Made by a program: the position numbers and the translations under genes | Source of the DNA: Scyliorhinus canicula | Taxonomy: Eukaryota | Direction of reading: 5' to 3' | DNA: 64,000 nt | Assembly: GCF_902713615.1 (NCBI RefSeq) | Contig: NC_052158.1 | Span: forward strand, 86,436,822-86,500,821 | The notes under the pieces: model-generated | Database searches by the model: none | What the model saw: the letters and a program-made list of their open reading frames with translations, nothing else | What the model was told of the DNA's origin: nothing | In this document: positions 35,028 through 48,079 of the stretch, piece after piece | Position numbering within the stretch: the first letter of the stretch is position 1 | How the letters are laid out: each line of letters begins with the position of its first letter

Positions 35028-38000
35028 TGTGGTGATCCACTGTGTTAACTGTGTGCACCTGTATTAGGGGATGTACAGTAGGACCTACACTACAGGTTCG
35101 CCGGTAGCCCCTGCCGGCTAGCTCCGCCCACAAGGAGCCATATAAATAGGTATGACTCTTCCTGATCAGCCATTTCGCCAGCTGCAGTAGGAGGCCACGC
35201 ATCTGACTGTAATAAATCCACAGTTGTACCAATCTGAGTCTTTCGTGCAATTGATAGTGCATCAATTTATTACAGTCAGATTTTCCACATTAAGGACATC
35301 AGGATCAAACCCGATCGCCTGCAGCTGGATCCACACTCGCCAGACGCCAGAAAGGACTTTATTCACTGGCTGGCTTGCTTTGAGGCCTATATCAATGCTG
35401 CGACCCCCGCTCCGACGGAAGCTCAGAAGATCCAAGTGCTTTACTCCAGATTGAGCTCCAGCGAGTTCCCGCTAATCCAGGACGCCCCGAATTACGCAGA
35501 GGCTATGGCTCTCCTTAAAGAGAACTACGTTCAGAAGACGAACACACTCTTTGCTAAGCACGTTCTCGCCACTCGCGTACAACTACCTGGTGAGTCGATC
35601 GAAGACTTCTGGCGGGCTCTTATCCCACTCGTACGGGACTGGGACTGTCAGGCCGTCACGGCCATGGAACATTCCAATCTCCTCATGCGAGACACATTCG
35701 TGACGGGGATTGCATCGGACCCCATCCAACAATGACTGCTGGAAGGGGCCACGCTCAACCTAGTGGAGACAAAAGCTTTAGCGCTCTCCATGATGGTCGC
35801 ATCTCGCAACGTCCAATCCTACCACGCTCGCCGCGCGGCCCACCCCTCCTACTCCTCTTGGACCCCGCAAATGACCCCCCCGGCAGGGGCCACTCCTGCT
35901 CAATATGCCTGCGCCGTCCGCCACACCATGCACCCTGGGGGTCCCCGCTGTTACTTCTGCGGCCAGCGGAAGCACCCCCGCCAGCACTGCCCAGCCCATG
36001 CCGCCACTTAGTGGTAAGAAGTGCTACTTTGCGGCAGTGTGCCAGGCACACGCAGTCGCCGCTATCGCGCCCGAATTCACTCACTTCCCCCAGCCGATCG
36101 CACAATGGACGCCGCCATCCTCTGCTCCCGGGGCCACGTGCGACCAGTGGGCGCCGCCATCTTCTACCCCCAGGTCCACGTGCGGCCCATGGGCGCCACC
36201 ATCTTGCCACGCCCCCACAAAGTGCACTCCATGGGCACCGCCATTTTGCCCCGCGCCCGCAATGTGCACTCAGTGGACGCCGCCATCTTTCTCTGCCCCT
36301 ACAACGTGCGCTGCGTGGGCGCCGCCATCTTCTCCTCCACAGGTCCTCCGGATGCCGCCATCGCCACTATTTGGTCTTCCCCACGGGACTGGAACGCTGG
36401 ATCCGGGTCGCCGACGCTCCACATCTGAATCCTCGGACGACCACCCGCTGCTTGTCTCTATGACACTGGACCAGTTCCGTCCTCACAACCTGGCCACCGG
36501 GAAATCAACGGCCACGCGACCTCTTGCCTACTGGACTCCGGGAGCACCGAAAGCTTCATCCACCCGGACACGGTAAGGCGCTGCTCCCTCACGGTCCACC
36601 CCGCCAACCAACGTATCTCCCTGGCCTCCGGATCACACTCTGTCCCGATCCGAGGGTTCTGTGTGGTCAATCTCACTATCCAAGGCATGGAATTCAGCAG
36701 TTTTCGCCTCTACGTTCTCCCCAACCTCTGTGCTGCACTATTGCTGGGTCTAGATTTTCAGTGTAATCTCCAGAGTCTCACCCTCAAATTTGGTGGGCCC
36801 CTACCCCCACCAACCGTTTGCGGCCTCACGACCCTCAAGGTTGGCCCCCCTACTTCTTTGCCAATCTAACTGCGGACTGCAATCCCGTTGCCACCAGGAG
36901 CAGACGGTACAGCCCCAGAGCAAGGCCTTCATCAGGTCCGAAGTCCGGCGGCTGTTTCAGGTGGTTATAATCGAGGCCAGCAATAGCCCCTGGAGAGCCC
37001 AAGTGGTAGTGGTTAAAACTGGGGAGGAACACAGGATGGTCGTGAACTACAGCCAGACCATCAATCAGTACACGCAGCTCAGCGCATACCCCCTCCCTCG
37101 CATATCTGATATGGTCAATCAGATTGCACAGTACCGGGTCTTCTCAACGATCGACTTTAAATCCGCCTACCACCAGCTCCGCATCCGTAAATCGGACCGT
37201 CCATACACTGCCTTCGAGGCGGACGGTCGCCAGCGCACAAGTAGACCAACTCCGGGCCCTGCATGACAGCCTTTGTCACCCGTGGGGTCACTCGATTATA
37301 CCACCTCGTCAAAGCCTGCAATCTGCCCTACTGCATCGAGGAAGTACGGACAGTCACCAGAGACTGCCAGGTCTGTGCGGAGTGCAAGCCGCACTTCTAC
37401 CGGCCGGACCGTGCATGCCTGGTGAAAGCCTCCCGCCCTTTTGAATGCCTCAGCTTGGATTTCAAAGGGCCCCTCCCCTCCACTGACCGCAACACATATA
37501 TCCTCAGTGTGGTCGATGAATTCTCCAGGTTCCCCTTTGCTATCCCATGCCCCGATATGACGTCCGCCACCATCATCAAGGCCCTCAACTCCAGCTTCGC
37601 TCTGTTCGGTTTCCCCAACTACATCCACAGCGACTGGGGATCCTCATTCATGAGCGATGAGCTGCGTCAGTTCCTGCTCAGCAAGGATATCGCCTCCAGC
37701 AGAATGATCAGCTACAACCCCCGGGGAAACGGGCAGGTAGAGAGGAGAACGGGACGGTTTGGAGGGCCGTCCAGCTGGCCCTACGGTCCAGAAACCTCCC
37801 AGCCGCTTGCTGGCAGCAGGTCCTCCCGGATGCACTGCACTCCATCCAGTCTCTACTGTGCACCACCACAAATAACACACCATGAAAGTGTTTTACCTTC
37901 CCTAGGAAGTCCACATCCGGGGTGTCGCTCCCGACTTGGCTGGCAGCTCCAGGACCGGTTCTTCTACGTAGGCATGTACGACTCCACAAGTCGGACCCCT

Positions 38001-38707
38001 TGGTGGACATGGTACGCCTACTCCACACCAACCCCCAGTATGCCTATGTGGAGTTCCCTGACGGCCGCCAGGATAGGGTCTCACTCAGGGACCTGGCTCC
38101 CTCAGGTTCCACTCACACACTTCCCCACCCACGCGCCACCCTCCCCTCCCCCGGCACTCCCAGCATTAGCCCCACCAGGTCCATCCCTCCTTCCCCTGCC
38201 CACGCTACAGGACGAGGAAGACTTCAGCACGCTCCCAGAGTCATCCAACTACTGGCCAACACCAACACCGCCAGCACCGACGTCGCAGACGCCAGCACCG
38301 ACTTCGCCACCGCCGCTACGTCACTCCCAGTGAACCGTCAAACCACCGGACATGCTTAACCTCTGACGGGCACTAGATGGACACATTTTCTTTCTCCCCT
38401 CCCCTCTGTAAATTACTCTGGTATAGTTCCACGCCACCCCCGCCGGACTCATTTTTAACAGGGCGTGAATGTGCTGATCCACTGTGTTAACTGTGTGCAC
38501 CTGTATTAGGGGATGTACAGTAGGACCCAACACTACAGGTTCGCCGGTAGCTCCTGCCAGCTAGCACCGCCCACAAGGAGCCGTATAAATAGGCATGACT
38601 CCTCCTGATCAGCCATTCTGCCAGCTGCAGTAGGAGGCCACGCATTTGACTGTAATAAAGCCACAGTTGTACCAATCGGAGTCTTTCGTGCAATTGATAG
38701 TGCATCA
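35028..38707 (+). mobile_element. Ty3/Gypsy (Mag-like) LTR retrotransposon, internally deleted
   Basis: LTRs 35028-35264 and 38470-38707; perfect 5-bp TSD AACCT; gag with Cys/His knuckles; protease LDSGSTES; RT start (SNSPWRAQV..IDFKSAYHQ) joined directly to integrase (H..LCH..CQVC, LDFKGP, HSDWG). Confidence 0.93.
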
Positions 38708-38879
38708 AACCTCTTAAAAACACATTTGCATTTGACGTTTCCAGAGGAAACCAATGCGGCATGAGTTTTCATTTAAAAATGTTAAAATGCAGATACTCCA
38801 GTTATTTTTAGAAATATGTGAAATGCCCACTCTAACAAATTTATTATGAGGAGTGTGATTCCTAACGAAAATCAAATGT

Positions 38880-39150
38880 CACTTTATTAAATCTTTATTT
38901 GTGTCACAAGTGGACTTACATTAACACTGCAATGAAGTACTGTGAAAATTCCCTCATTGCAACACTCCGGCACCTGTTCTGGTCCACTGAGGGAGAATTC
39001 AGAATGTCCAATTCAGCTAACAAGAAACTCACCTAACAAGAATGTCCAATTCACCTACCAAGAAAACTGCACTGACAGTGACCCAAGCCGGGAATCGAGC
39101 CCAGGTCCCTGGCGCTGTGAAGCAACAGTGTTAACCACTGTGCTATCTTG
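38880..39150 (-). mobile_element. HE1-related SINE
   Basis: Antisense tRNA head with a CTTGTGACA-type tail. Confidence 0.75.
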
Positions 39151-40007
39151 CAAGGAGGTCCTGAAATCCCAGGATTTTTATCAGTGCTTCTGGATATGTG
39201 CACCTGATTTGGGATTGCACCCTGTGCCTGCATCTGCACGTAGACCCCAGAGAGTTGACTTGAAAAAAAAGCAGCAGTGGGGCCTGCTGAAGCACACCCT
39301 CTTGCCAATGGCCTGGAGCTTGAAGTTGTCTTGATCCCTGCCTTCCCTTACCTGAAGTCTTTGAAGACTGAAGCCACTTTGACTACTATAATATTATGAG
39401 CTTATAGTTGCATATTAAATGCCATCACTTACAAAGGGGAACGGTAATCAAAAACACCTTCCTGTTTACGGATGAGTGGCAAGAGGACAAATTGAAGCTG
39501 TTTAAATTAACCCCCTTCTGAGCGCAACACGAATAATGTAACAGATCATGTGGAGCTTTGTTTGAAGAAAGGCATTTGATATTTTTCTCATCTTCCGATC
39601 ATCAATCTCACAAGCGAGACTTCTTCAAGCTAAACTTGCTTGCTGTGTCTTTGCATCTTACCTCATCTTAAGGTACCAGAACTGCTCTGTTTTTGGGGGT
39701 GGGTGGTAAAATGGCACTTGGAATTTTAAGATTTGATTTTCGACTAATGAACTGGAACTGATAATATGGGTAACTATAATCTCTCTTTCTTAAAACATTT
39801 GTTCAGAGAAGAGAATTAAATTTAGTTTTGAAAAACAACCACATCACATGTATGATTCGAAATTGTGCAACTGACACCAGCTGAAAGAGGAGAAGAAAAT
39901 GCCAAGTATAAATGAATCTATTATTGGAGCAAACAATGTTCAGAAGGGTATTGTAAACATCAGCGCAAGAACACTTTGAGCTCGGCTTTGAATCAGTACT
40001 ACTATTG

Positions 40008-41200
40008 TATAATGGGCCAAGATTTAGAGAACACCAAAGTATATCATGGAGTTCACCTGACCTACAACCTTTAATAGATTTTGGTCAAGGGGAGCACAAG
40101 GGCCCACTTTACAGGTGTGATGCAACAGAGATCAGAAGTATTTTCAAACAAAACAATGTTTATTCTATGAACCCAGTTCACATTTTATAATGTCAGGTGG
40201 ATATACCTTTAAGTTTTATTATGGGCCAGAGTTTAGAGAACCCCAAAGTATATCATGGAGTTCACCTGACCCACAACTTTTGATAGCTTTTGGTCATGTG
40301 GAGCACAAGAGCCGACTTTATAGGTGCGATGAGACAGAACTAAAAGTATTTTTAAACAAAAACAATGTTTATTCTATGAATCCAGTTAACATTTTCTAAA
40401 CACACAGTAAACAGTTTATCAACTACCAACCCTGACCATCCCTCAAAAGATACAGTACTCCATAGATAACCCTTAATAACTTCACAAACAACATCCAGAA
40501 GTTAAACCGTTTTTAAATAAAGACAGCAGGTTCAAATTCTCTACAGAAACAGGTATTACTTTGAAATCATCAATGAGCTGAAGACATTCTTTAGCTTGTA
40601 GAGAGAAAGATCAATACACACATCTGCTTGGTTCACATGTAGCTCTCCATCTCTGAAAACAAAACTAAACACACTGCAACTGCCAGCTCAAAACGAAACT
40701 AAAAGTCAGACAGACAGCCCCAGCTCCATCCACACACTGACATCACTACAGCTATTTGATAAACACTCATTTCGTAAAGGTACATCCACCTGACAATAAA
40801 CACACAGTAAACATCTTATCAACTACCAACACTGATACCTCCCCCAAAGATACAGTACTCTATAGATAACCCTTAGTAACTTTCCCAACAACACCCATAA
40901 GACAAAGACCCTTTTTAACAGACAGTAGGTTCGCATTCCTTACAGAAACAGGTATTACTTTGAAAACATCAAGTGATCTGGAGACATTATTTAGCATGCA
41001 GAGAGAGAAAGACCAAAATATACCTCCTTGGTTTGAATGCAGCTTCCCAACTGAAAACGAGACTAAAACTCAAGTCAAAAACTGCTTCCAGCTCAAAACA
41101 AAAGTAAAAAGCAGAGCCAGAGTCCAACTCCACCCACACACTGACATCACTGCAGCCACTTGAGAAGACAAACATTTCTTGAAGTGTCATTCCCATGACA
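40008..41200 (-). mobile_element. Solo LTR containing a nested, related solo LTR
   Basis: Outer element has perfect TSD ATTG; inner element 40191-40795 has perfect TSD ATAA; the two share sequence (GGGCCA..TTTAGAGAAC..AAAGTATATCATGGAGTTCACCTGACC). Confidence 0.85.
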
Positions 41201-42347
41201 ATTGTAGGGAGCCAAACGTAAACCATTTTGACGTTGCAAGCCTCAGCACTAAAAGACCAATAGTTCAAGATGTCACGTATTTTGGTTCACATGCTCCTAT
41301 TTCACATGTGTTTCTAGTGTGTCTAGCCTCAGTTGAAATGATTTAGAGGTTTTGTTTCTGAGTGGAATTAATGTCTTTGGATGCATTGCACAGGGGAGAA
41401 GGGTCAGTATTGGATTTAGAAATACTTTAGCATTGTGTTTCAGAGCTGGAATTCACAAGAGCAGAGTTCATTGGTGGGTTAGAGCAAACTAGATACTCAG
41501 ATTCTTGGGTCAGGCCTTTGTGGGATTTTGAAGCAATCTCGAAGCAGAGGCCCATAAAAGGGTCACTTTAGATCTTTGTCAGTTGTGAAAATAAGAAAAG
41601 TATAATGTTAGCAGTAAGGCATGTGACAATTGAAAACTACTATGAAGACAATTTTTCATTTTAATAACCGTAGAAGACAGTACAAGGAAATAAGAGTTCA
41701 TGGGTTTGCAGAAAAAAGTTTTGAAATTGGTGGCATGGATTCCACATTACAGTGAATTATTCAAAAGTAGTTTTGAAGCATTGCTTGACATGGTTTCCAT
41801 ATGCCTACATCAGTCATTGGGAGTAATTAATTGAGTGAATTGCTTTTGAAATTCCTTGATCAAAAAGAAAGAGCATTTAAACAGCACCTTTCATTACCTC
41901 AGGAAGCCCCAATGAACAGTCATGAATTCCAAAAATGTTATTTTGAGGGGAATAAAAATATTTTAAAGTGTTGAAAAATATTTTATTTTGTTTAGCCCAG
42001 TTACTGGTACAGTTGTCCTCCCAAGGCTGCACCTCAGTCAGAAGGTTATGAGCTTGAAACACATTCTGCAAGACACAAATTAGTCATTAGCGAAGTACTG
42101 AATGTCAGAGGTGATGCTTTTCAGATGAGATGTTATTACCGAGACCTTTATAGAGAGTTACAACACATCACACGCCACTGGAAAATAAGGATCTCCTGGT
42201 GTCTTGGCCAAATTCCTCCTTCAGCGAAGCGACAAAAAAGTCAGCTGACCGATTTTGAGAGTCTTGCTATGTGCAAATTGGATTCTACGTTTCACTGCAA
42301 TGACTGCACTTAAAGAACGTTGCATTGACAATGGAATAATTTAATTC

Positions 42348-42795
42348 AGCTGTGGCTCAGTTAGCAGCACTCCTGCCTCTGTGTCCGAAGGTTGTGTGTT
42401 CAAATCATGCGGCAAACACATGAGCACAAAAGTCTCGCTGAAGCTCCAACGCAGTGACTGAAAGAATATTTTACAATTGGAACAGTCGTCTTTTTGGGTG
42501 TGATGTTCAACCAAGTCGCTGTTGTTCTCATGAGGGGGGCATTGTAAAAGATCTCATTACATTATATTGAAGCGGCGTAGGGGAGTTATCCCTTGTACCC
42601 TGGTCCGTATACTCCTGTAGATTCACTTCAAGTGGATTAACTGGTTATCACGTTGCTTTTTGTAGGAGCTTGCTGTGTGCACGCTGACCCCATTTCTTAC
42701 TTTACAACAGAGTGCACCTCAGAAGTGCTACATTGTCTGCAAAGCACTTTGGGGTTTCTGGAAAGGTGCTGTATAAATGCAAGTCTTTATTTTTC
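42348..42795 (+). mobile_element. Old tRNA-headed SINE with L2-type tail (DeuSINE/SacSINE-like)
   Basis: GCTGTGGCTCAGTT..GTTCAAATC head; GTGCTGTATAAATGCAAGTCTTT L2 tail. Confidence 0.6.
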
Positions 42796-43790
42796 TCATT
42801 CCAAGGATTCCATGAGCCCTATATGAATGCAAATTTGTTCTTTGGCACAAATGCTAAATCGGCATCTGTAATTGTGATTTATCTGAAACTGACAGGCTAT
42901 TTAAAGTTTTTGCTGTCCTAGATTTGTGCTCAAATAATGGGAGAGGCTGGTATGTGATTGAGGATGGTCTTCAATCTGTCCTTTCCTCTCCTCCGCAACC
43001 AACCCCCCTCCCCTCCCCCCCACGCACATACGCACACACACAACAGACACTCCTACAAAAACTTCAGTTCAATTTCCAAAATGATCTAATTGGATGATTC
43101 AATCAGTCTCCAACTTCAGTGGGAGAAAAGTAGATTTTTCTGATGAAACACTGATTAACTTGCACACTGGTTGAAAATCTGACATATCGTCTCAGAAATT
43201 AGATTGATTTAGGATGGCTATACAGTACCTTGCGCATCTCAAATTTACATGGAAGTTGTACCATTGGTCCCCAATGGTGAAGGGAATTTGCTGTGATGTT
43301 TCAGCCAATCATCGTTTGTAATTCTAATTTGCTGCCAATTTTCACAATTCAGTGGTTGCTTCGTGACATCAGTATGAAAACGATCACCACGGAAACGTCC
43401 TGTTGTCACCACAAGGGGCCATTTATTAGCCGCATTTGAGAATGACTCAGCCAAGAAGATGCTGTGGATAAACTGAACTAACCAGCAGGCAAATTATAAA
43501 TGTGCTGCATCTTAAATATAAATGCACTGTAAATTAATTGTGTTAATTTTTAAATGAACAATCAGTTAGCACACAAAATGGTTGAACCAGCATTTCCAAT
43601 TTTTAAAATGTGCCGCGTATTTACTGCTGCAATATATTTAGTCAGGTGAAATAACAATTTTACTGTAGAATACCACTTTAAAGAATACAGATTTTGCTTT
43701 TACAAAAAAAACAACCTGTTTATTGTTGCGATCATAGAGTCAAGTATTAATAGTGGTTGCTACAGGAATCCATCAACTGTCACATGATTT

Positions 43791-44146
43791 GGGGCAGCAC
43801 GGTAGCATTGTGGTTAGCACAATTGCTTCACAGCTCCAGGGTCCCAGGTTCGATTCTGGCTTGGTTCACTGTCTGTGCGGAGTCTGCACGTTCTCCCAGT
43901 GTGTGCGTGGGTTTCCTCCGGGTGCTCCGGTTTCCTCCCACAGTCCAAAGATGTGCAGGTTAGGTGGATTGGCCATAATAAATTGCCCTTAGTGTCCAAA
44001 ATTGCCCTTGTTGGGTGGGGTTACTGGGTTATAGGGATAGGGTGGAGGTGTTGACCTTGGGTAGGGTGCTCTTTCCAAGAGCCGGTGCAGACTCGATGGG
44101 CCGAATGGCCTCCTTCTGCACTGTAAATTCTATGAAAATTCTATGA
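43791..44146 (+). mobile_element. HE1-like SINE, full length
   Basis: tRNA head, core, CR1-like tail ending ATTCTATGA. Confidence 0.92.
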
Positions 44147-44339
44147 TTAGTTTTGTTCTCAAAAAAGATACTTCACCAAAATATTTTAACAGCTTTACTA
44201 TACTTTTCTGTGACTTATTTGCTCCTACCTACATCCATTCTGGATAGTTGCCTGGTGCCACTGTGATTGCTAGGTATATTGACCTATCATGAATATATAG
44301 AATAGCAAATTGCTGACAGAATTGTAAATAGTCACCTGG

Positions 44340-45540
44340 ATTACGTGATAGCAATGATGGCGAACTGTCAGCATTCAGCAATCGATTCAGGAATCGAGCA
44401 GTTTGTGGACCCGTTTGTGGGGGGCAGCTTTGCGAGTTTAGAGGACTTGGGGGAGGAGCATGAGCTGCCCAGTGGGAATGGGTTCAGATACTTGCTGGTT
44501 TGAGACTCTGAGGAAGCAGGTGCCGTCTTTTCCCAGTTTTCTGCCCTCGGGGTTGCAGAATAAGGTGCTGTTGAGGGAAGAAGTGAGTGAGGGCAGGGTG
44601 TCGGAGGTTTATAAGAAGCTAATGGACTGAGATGGAGCCCCGATAGGGAAGGTCAAACAGAAATGGGAGGAGGAACTGGGGGGTGGGGTGGGTGTGAAAT
44701 GGAGCCCGTGTTGTGGGAGGAGACACTGAGAAGGGCGATTGTGTCCTCGTAGTGTGTGAGGCTCAACCCTATCCAGTGTAAGGAGGGCGCATATGACGGT
44801 GGCTAAGGTGGACAGTTTTTTTTGGGGGGGGGGGGGGGAAAGAGGAGGATGACAGGTGTAGGCAGTGACCGGGGAGGCCTGTGAACCATGTTCACATGTT
44901 TTGGGCATGTCCGAAACTGAAGGGTTTCCAGCAGGGGTTCACAGATGTAATGTCTGAGGTGTTAAGTGTGAAGGTGGTCCTGAATCCAGAGGTAGTGATA
45001 TTTGGAGTGTAGGAAAACCCGTCAGTCCAGGGGGTGAGAGAGGCCAATGTCCTGGCCTCTGCCTGCCTGGTAGCGCAGAGACTGATAGTGGAGGGACCCG
45101 GAGCCACCGAAACCGGGGGGGGGGGGGGGGGGGGGGGGGTGTGGTGAGCGACCTGGCGGAGTTCCGAAGGTTGGAGAAAATTAAGTTCATCTTGATGGTT
45201 GGTTGATGGGTTTGCCTGGAGGAACAAGTCGTTCATCTACTTCTTCAAGGAGAATTGAGGCATCAGCGGGGGTGGAGGAAAAGAGATAAAGTGGTTAAAT
45301 TGGGGAACATAGGATAGGAGGAGGGGAATGGCGGGGGAGGGGGGGGAATGGCGGGGGAGGGGGGGGAATGGCGGGGGAGGAGGGGGGGAATGGCGGGGGA
45401 GGGGGGGGGGAATGGCGGGCGGGGGGGTTCCGATGTTGATTAGCTAGTTATTTATTTATTATAATGTTCCTGTTTGTCGTTTCGTTGCTCTTGTCTTTTG
45501 TTTGTATTCATTGTTCATACAAATGCCTTAATAATAAAGT
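44340..45540 (+). mobile_element. Degenerate L1-clade LINE 3' end
   Basis: HMFWACPKL motif near 44894; G-rich 3' UTR and AATAAA. Confidence 0.7.
45322..45427 (+). repeat. G-rich minisatellite, about four copies of (G)nAATGGCGGGGGA
   Basis: AATGGCGGG units separated by G runs, within the L1 3' UTR. Confidence 0.8.
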
Positions 45541-46124
45541 GAGAATTACTGGATTATTGAAGATCCAATGAAGTACTTGTGATATCTGGAGTTAAAATTA
45601 ATTACAGTTTAAATGCAGCTTTCTGCAGTCTTCCCCGTTGAGATGAGCCATTTTATGCCCTAAATTTGGGAATTTGTTTAATCACTAACACCCTCGAGTA
45701 GTTTCTAACAATGTAGATTGAAAGTGATTTAGTTCTGCTCAAGGATGCGCCAGTCATGATGTGCCACAGTGCCACAGTATCTTGAAATCTGTCTGCAGCA
45801 CAGCATGGAAAACACTTGTAGGAAAATGCCTGAGTAACATTTGGCCAGTTAATTGCCTGTAGTTCTTCAATCTTGTAATTACAATGAATACCAATCAGGA
45901 ACGCTGATTTTGTGCACCAAGTTATTTTAACTCATTTTCATTTTTAATTAGCAAGAAAAGCAAATCCTGCTTTAAATATTTTAGTGGACCTGTACCTACA
46001 TAAGGATAATTTCAGTGGGCCGAGATAGCTGTTGTTACTGGTCCCCATCCAGTTTGGATTCTAGGAGGCTGTTTGTCTCCTGGTTCCCATAAGGTAGAAA
46101 TAGACCAGAAGACTATATAAGGTG

Positions 46125-46760
46125 GAGGAGCAGAATTAGACCATTCAGCCCATTGAGCCTGCTCCACCATTCAATGAAATCATAGAATCCCTACAGTGCT
46201 GAAGGAGGCCATTTGGCCCATCAAGTCTGTGCCTATCCTCTGAAAGAGCATCCCACCAAGGCCCAATCCATGCCCTACCCCTGTAACCCCACCTAACCTT
46301 TGGACATGAAGGGGCAATTTAGCAGGGTCAATCCACCTAACCTGCACATCTTTGGACTGAGAGGAAACAGACTCAGGGAGAATGTGCAAACATCGACAAT
46401 CACCGGAGGCTGAAATTGAACCTGGGTCCCTGACACTGAGACGGCAGTGCTAGCCACTATGCTACTGTGCTGCCCCATCAGACTGTTCTGATGCGATAGT
46501 CCTCAGCTCCACTTTCCCGCCTCATCCCCATAGCCCTTGACGACCTTACCGATTAAGAAAGTTTGTCGATCACATCTTTGAACATACTTAACGGCCCAGC
46601 CTCTGAGCCCTCTGCGGTAAAGAATTCCTCTGATTCACTATCTTCTGAGAGAAGAATTTCCTCTTCATCTGTGATAAATGGGCTGCCCCTTTCAATAGGA
46701 TTATACCCTCTGGTCCTCAACTCTCCCAAAAGGGGAAACAACCTCTCAGCATCTACACTT
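46125..46760 (-). mobile_element. CR1 LINE 3' end with nested HE1 SINE (46180-46477)
   Basis: MFPLLGELRTRGY.. CR1 C-terminus; antisense SINE inside it. Confidence 0.8.
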
Positions 46761-48079
46761 CAGACTCATGGATCTTCAGAGTGTATTTTTTTTTGCTGTG
46801 TGTGGCTGATAGACTAATACATTGTTACTCAGCACCTATCTTTGGTGCAACAGTGCTTGTAGCACTCCTGGATATATATCTTCATATAAAAATTAGTTGC
46901 TAGCTCTTTATAAATAACAAAACAGTACAACATCTCACTGTCTTTAAAAAATAATATAATGCCGTCTCATCAGTATAAGCCATCACTAACTTTGTTTTTT
47001 CCTGATTTAAGATTAACAATAAACTTTTATAAATTAACTGAGCTGCTTGAGAGTCTTTAATAGCTTGTTTTATTTTCAATAAGTATTATTCAGGGTGTTG
47101 TTTCAGTGGTGGGATGTTGTGCCTCCAACTTGTAGATAGTTTTCATTACTCTGGTGAGTTGGCAATATTGTCTATGTCACTGTTGCTGTTGTTGGAATCA
47201 TTCCTGATGCTGCTGATATTGTGTCACTTGGTGGCATTGCTGATGCACTGCTTGTGTGTTGCGCTTGACGCTGTGTCGGGTATTTAGCGATGTTGCTGGT
47301 GTTGGTGATCATTTTTTCAGCTTTTCCAACTCGGGTGCATGTTGAATACGGACTCTCTTCCTTCTGGTGCCTTCTTGCCTGATGCTGTCTGGATGATGTA
47401 TAAGCTTGGAGTCTGACCTTCAACAACAACTTTTGCCAGGTTCCAGGTTTTCCTGGTTGGATCTAGTAAATGTACATTTTGTCCTTTCAACAGCTCAGGC
47501 AGGGATTTAACATATTCGGTGGAGTGTTACACTCCTCCTATCTGTGCATCAATGAGTTGTTTGTCTTCCTCTTGGACGCAGTATCATGCTTGTATAATAT
47601 TTTCTTCCATTAACAGCTCTGCAGGCGATTTCATGTCCGCTTTTAGAGGGTAGATCAAAGTTACAATAAGGCAAAGTTTGAGTGTTCCTTTATCGGTATT
47701 TTTTGAGGGTTGTCTGGATCATCTGTATTTGTCTTTCTATAATCTATGTCCTTGAGCATAATGCAGCAATGAGGTGACTATGTTGAACCCACACTGTTCA
47801 TTGAATTACTTAAGTACTCTGGATGTTAATTGAGTTCTATTGTCATTTATTATTCTTTCTGGAATCCATTGCTCACTGAACAAAACTAATGCTGCTTATA
47901 AATTATCATTAGCGATCTCAAACTTTTCACTCTTTCGCTAAAAGGGAACTTTGGTTTATAGTCTGATACTGTGAAATTCCATTCCTGATTGTGTGAATAA
48001 ATGACTGCCAAAGTATGGGTGGTACGTCAGCTATCATTTTCTCATTCTGCTGTGTATTTCTGTACTTCTGGAATACATG

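Noticed and set aside
36100-36345. CRISPR-like repeat-spacer array
   Set aside because: Eukaryotic context; it is an in-frame coding tandem repeat inside a Gypsy gag.
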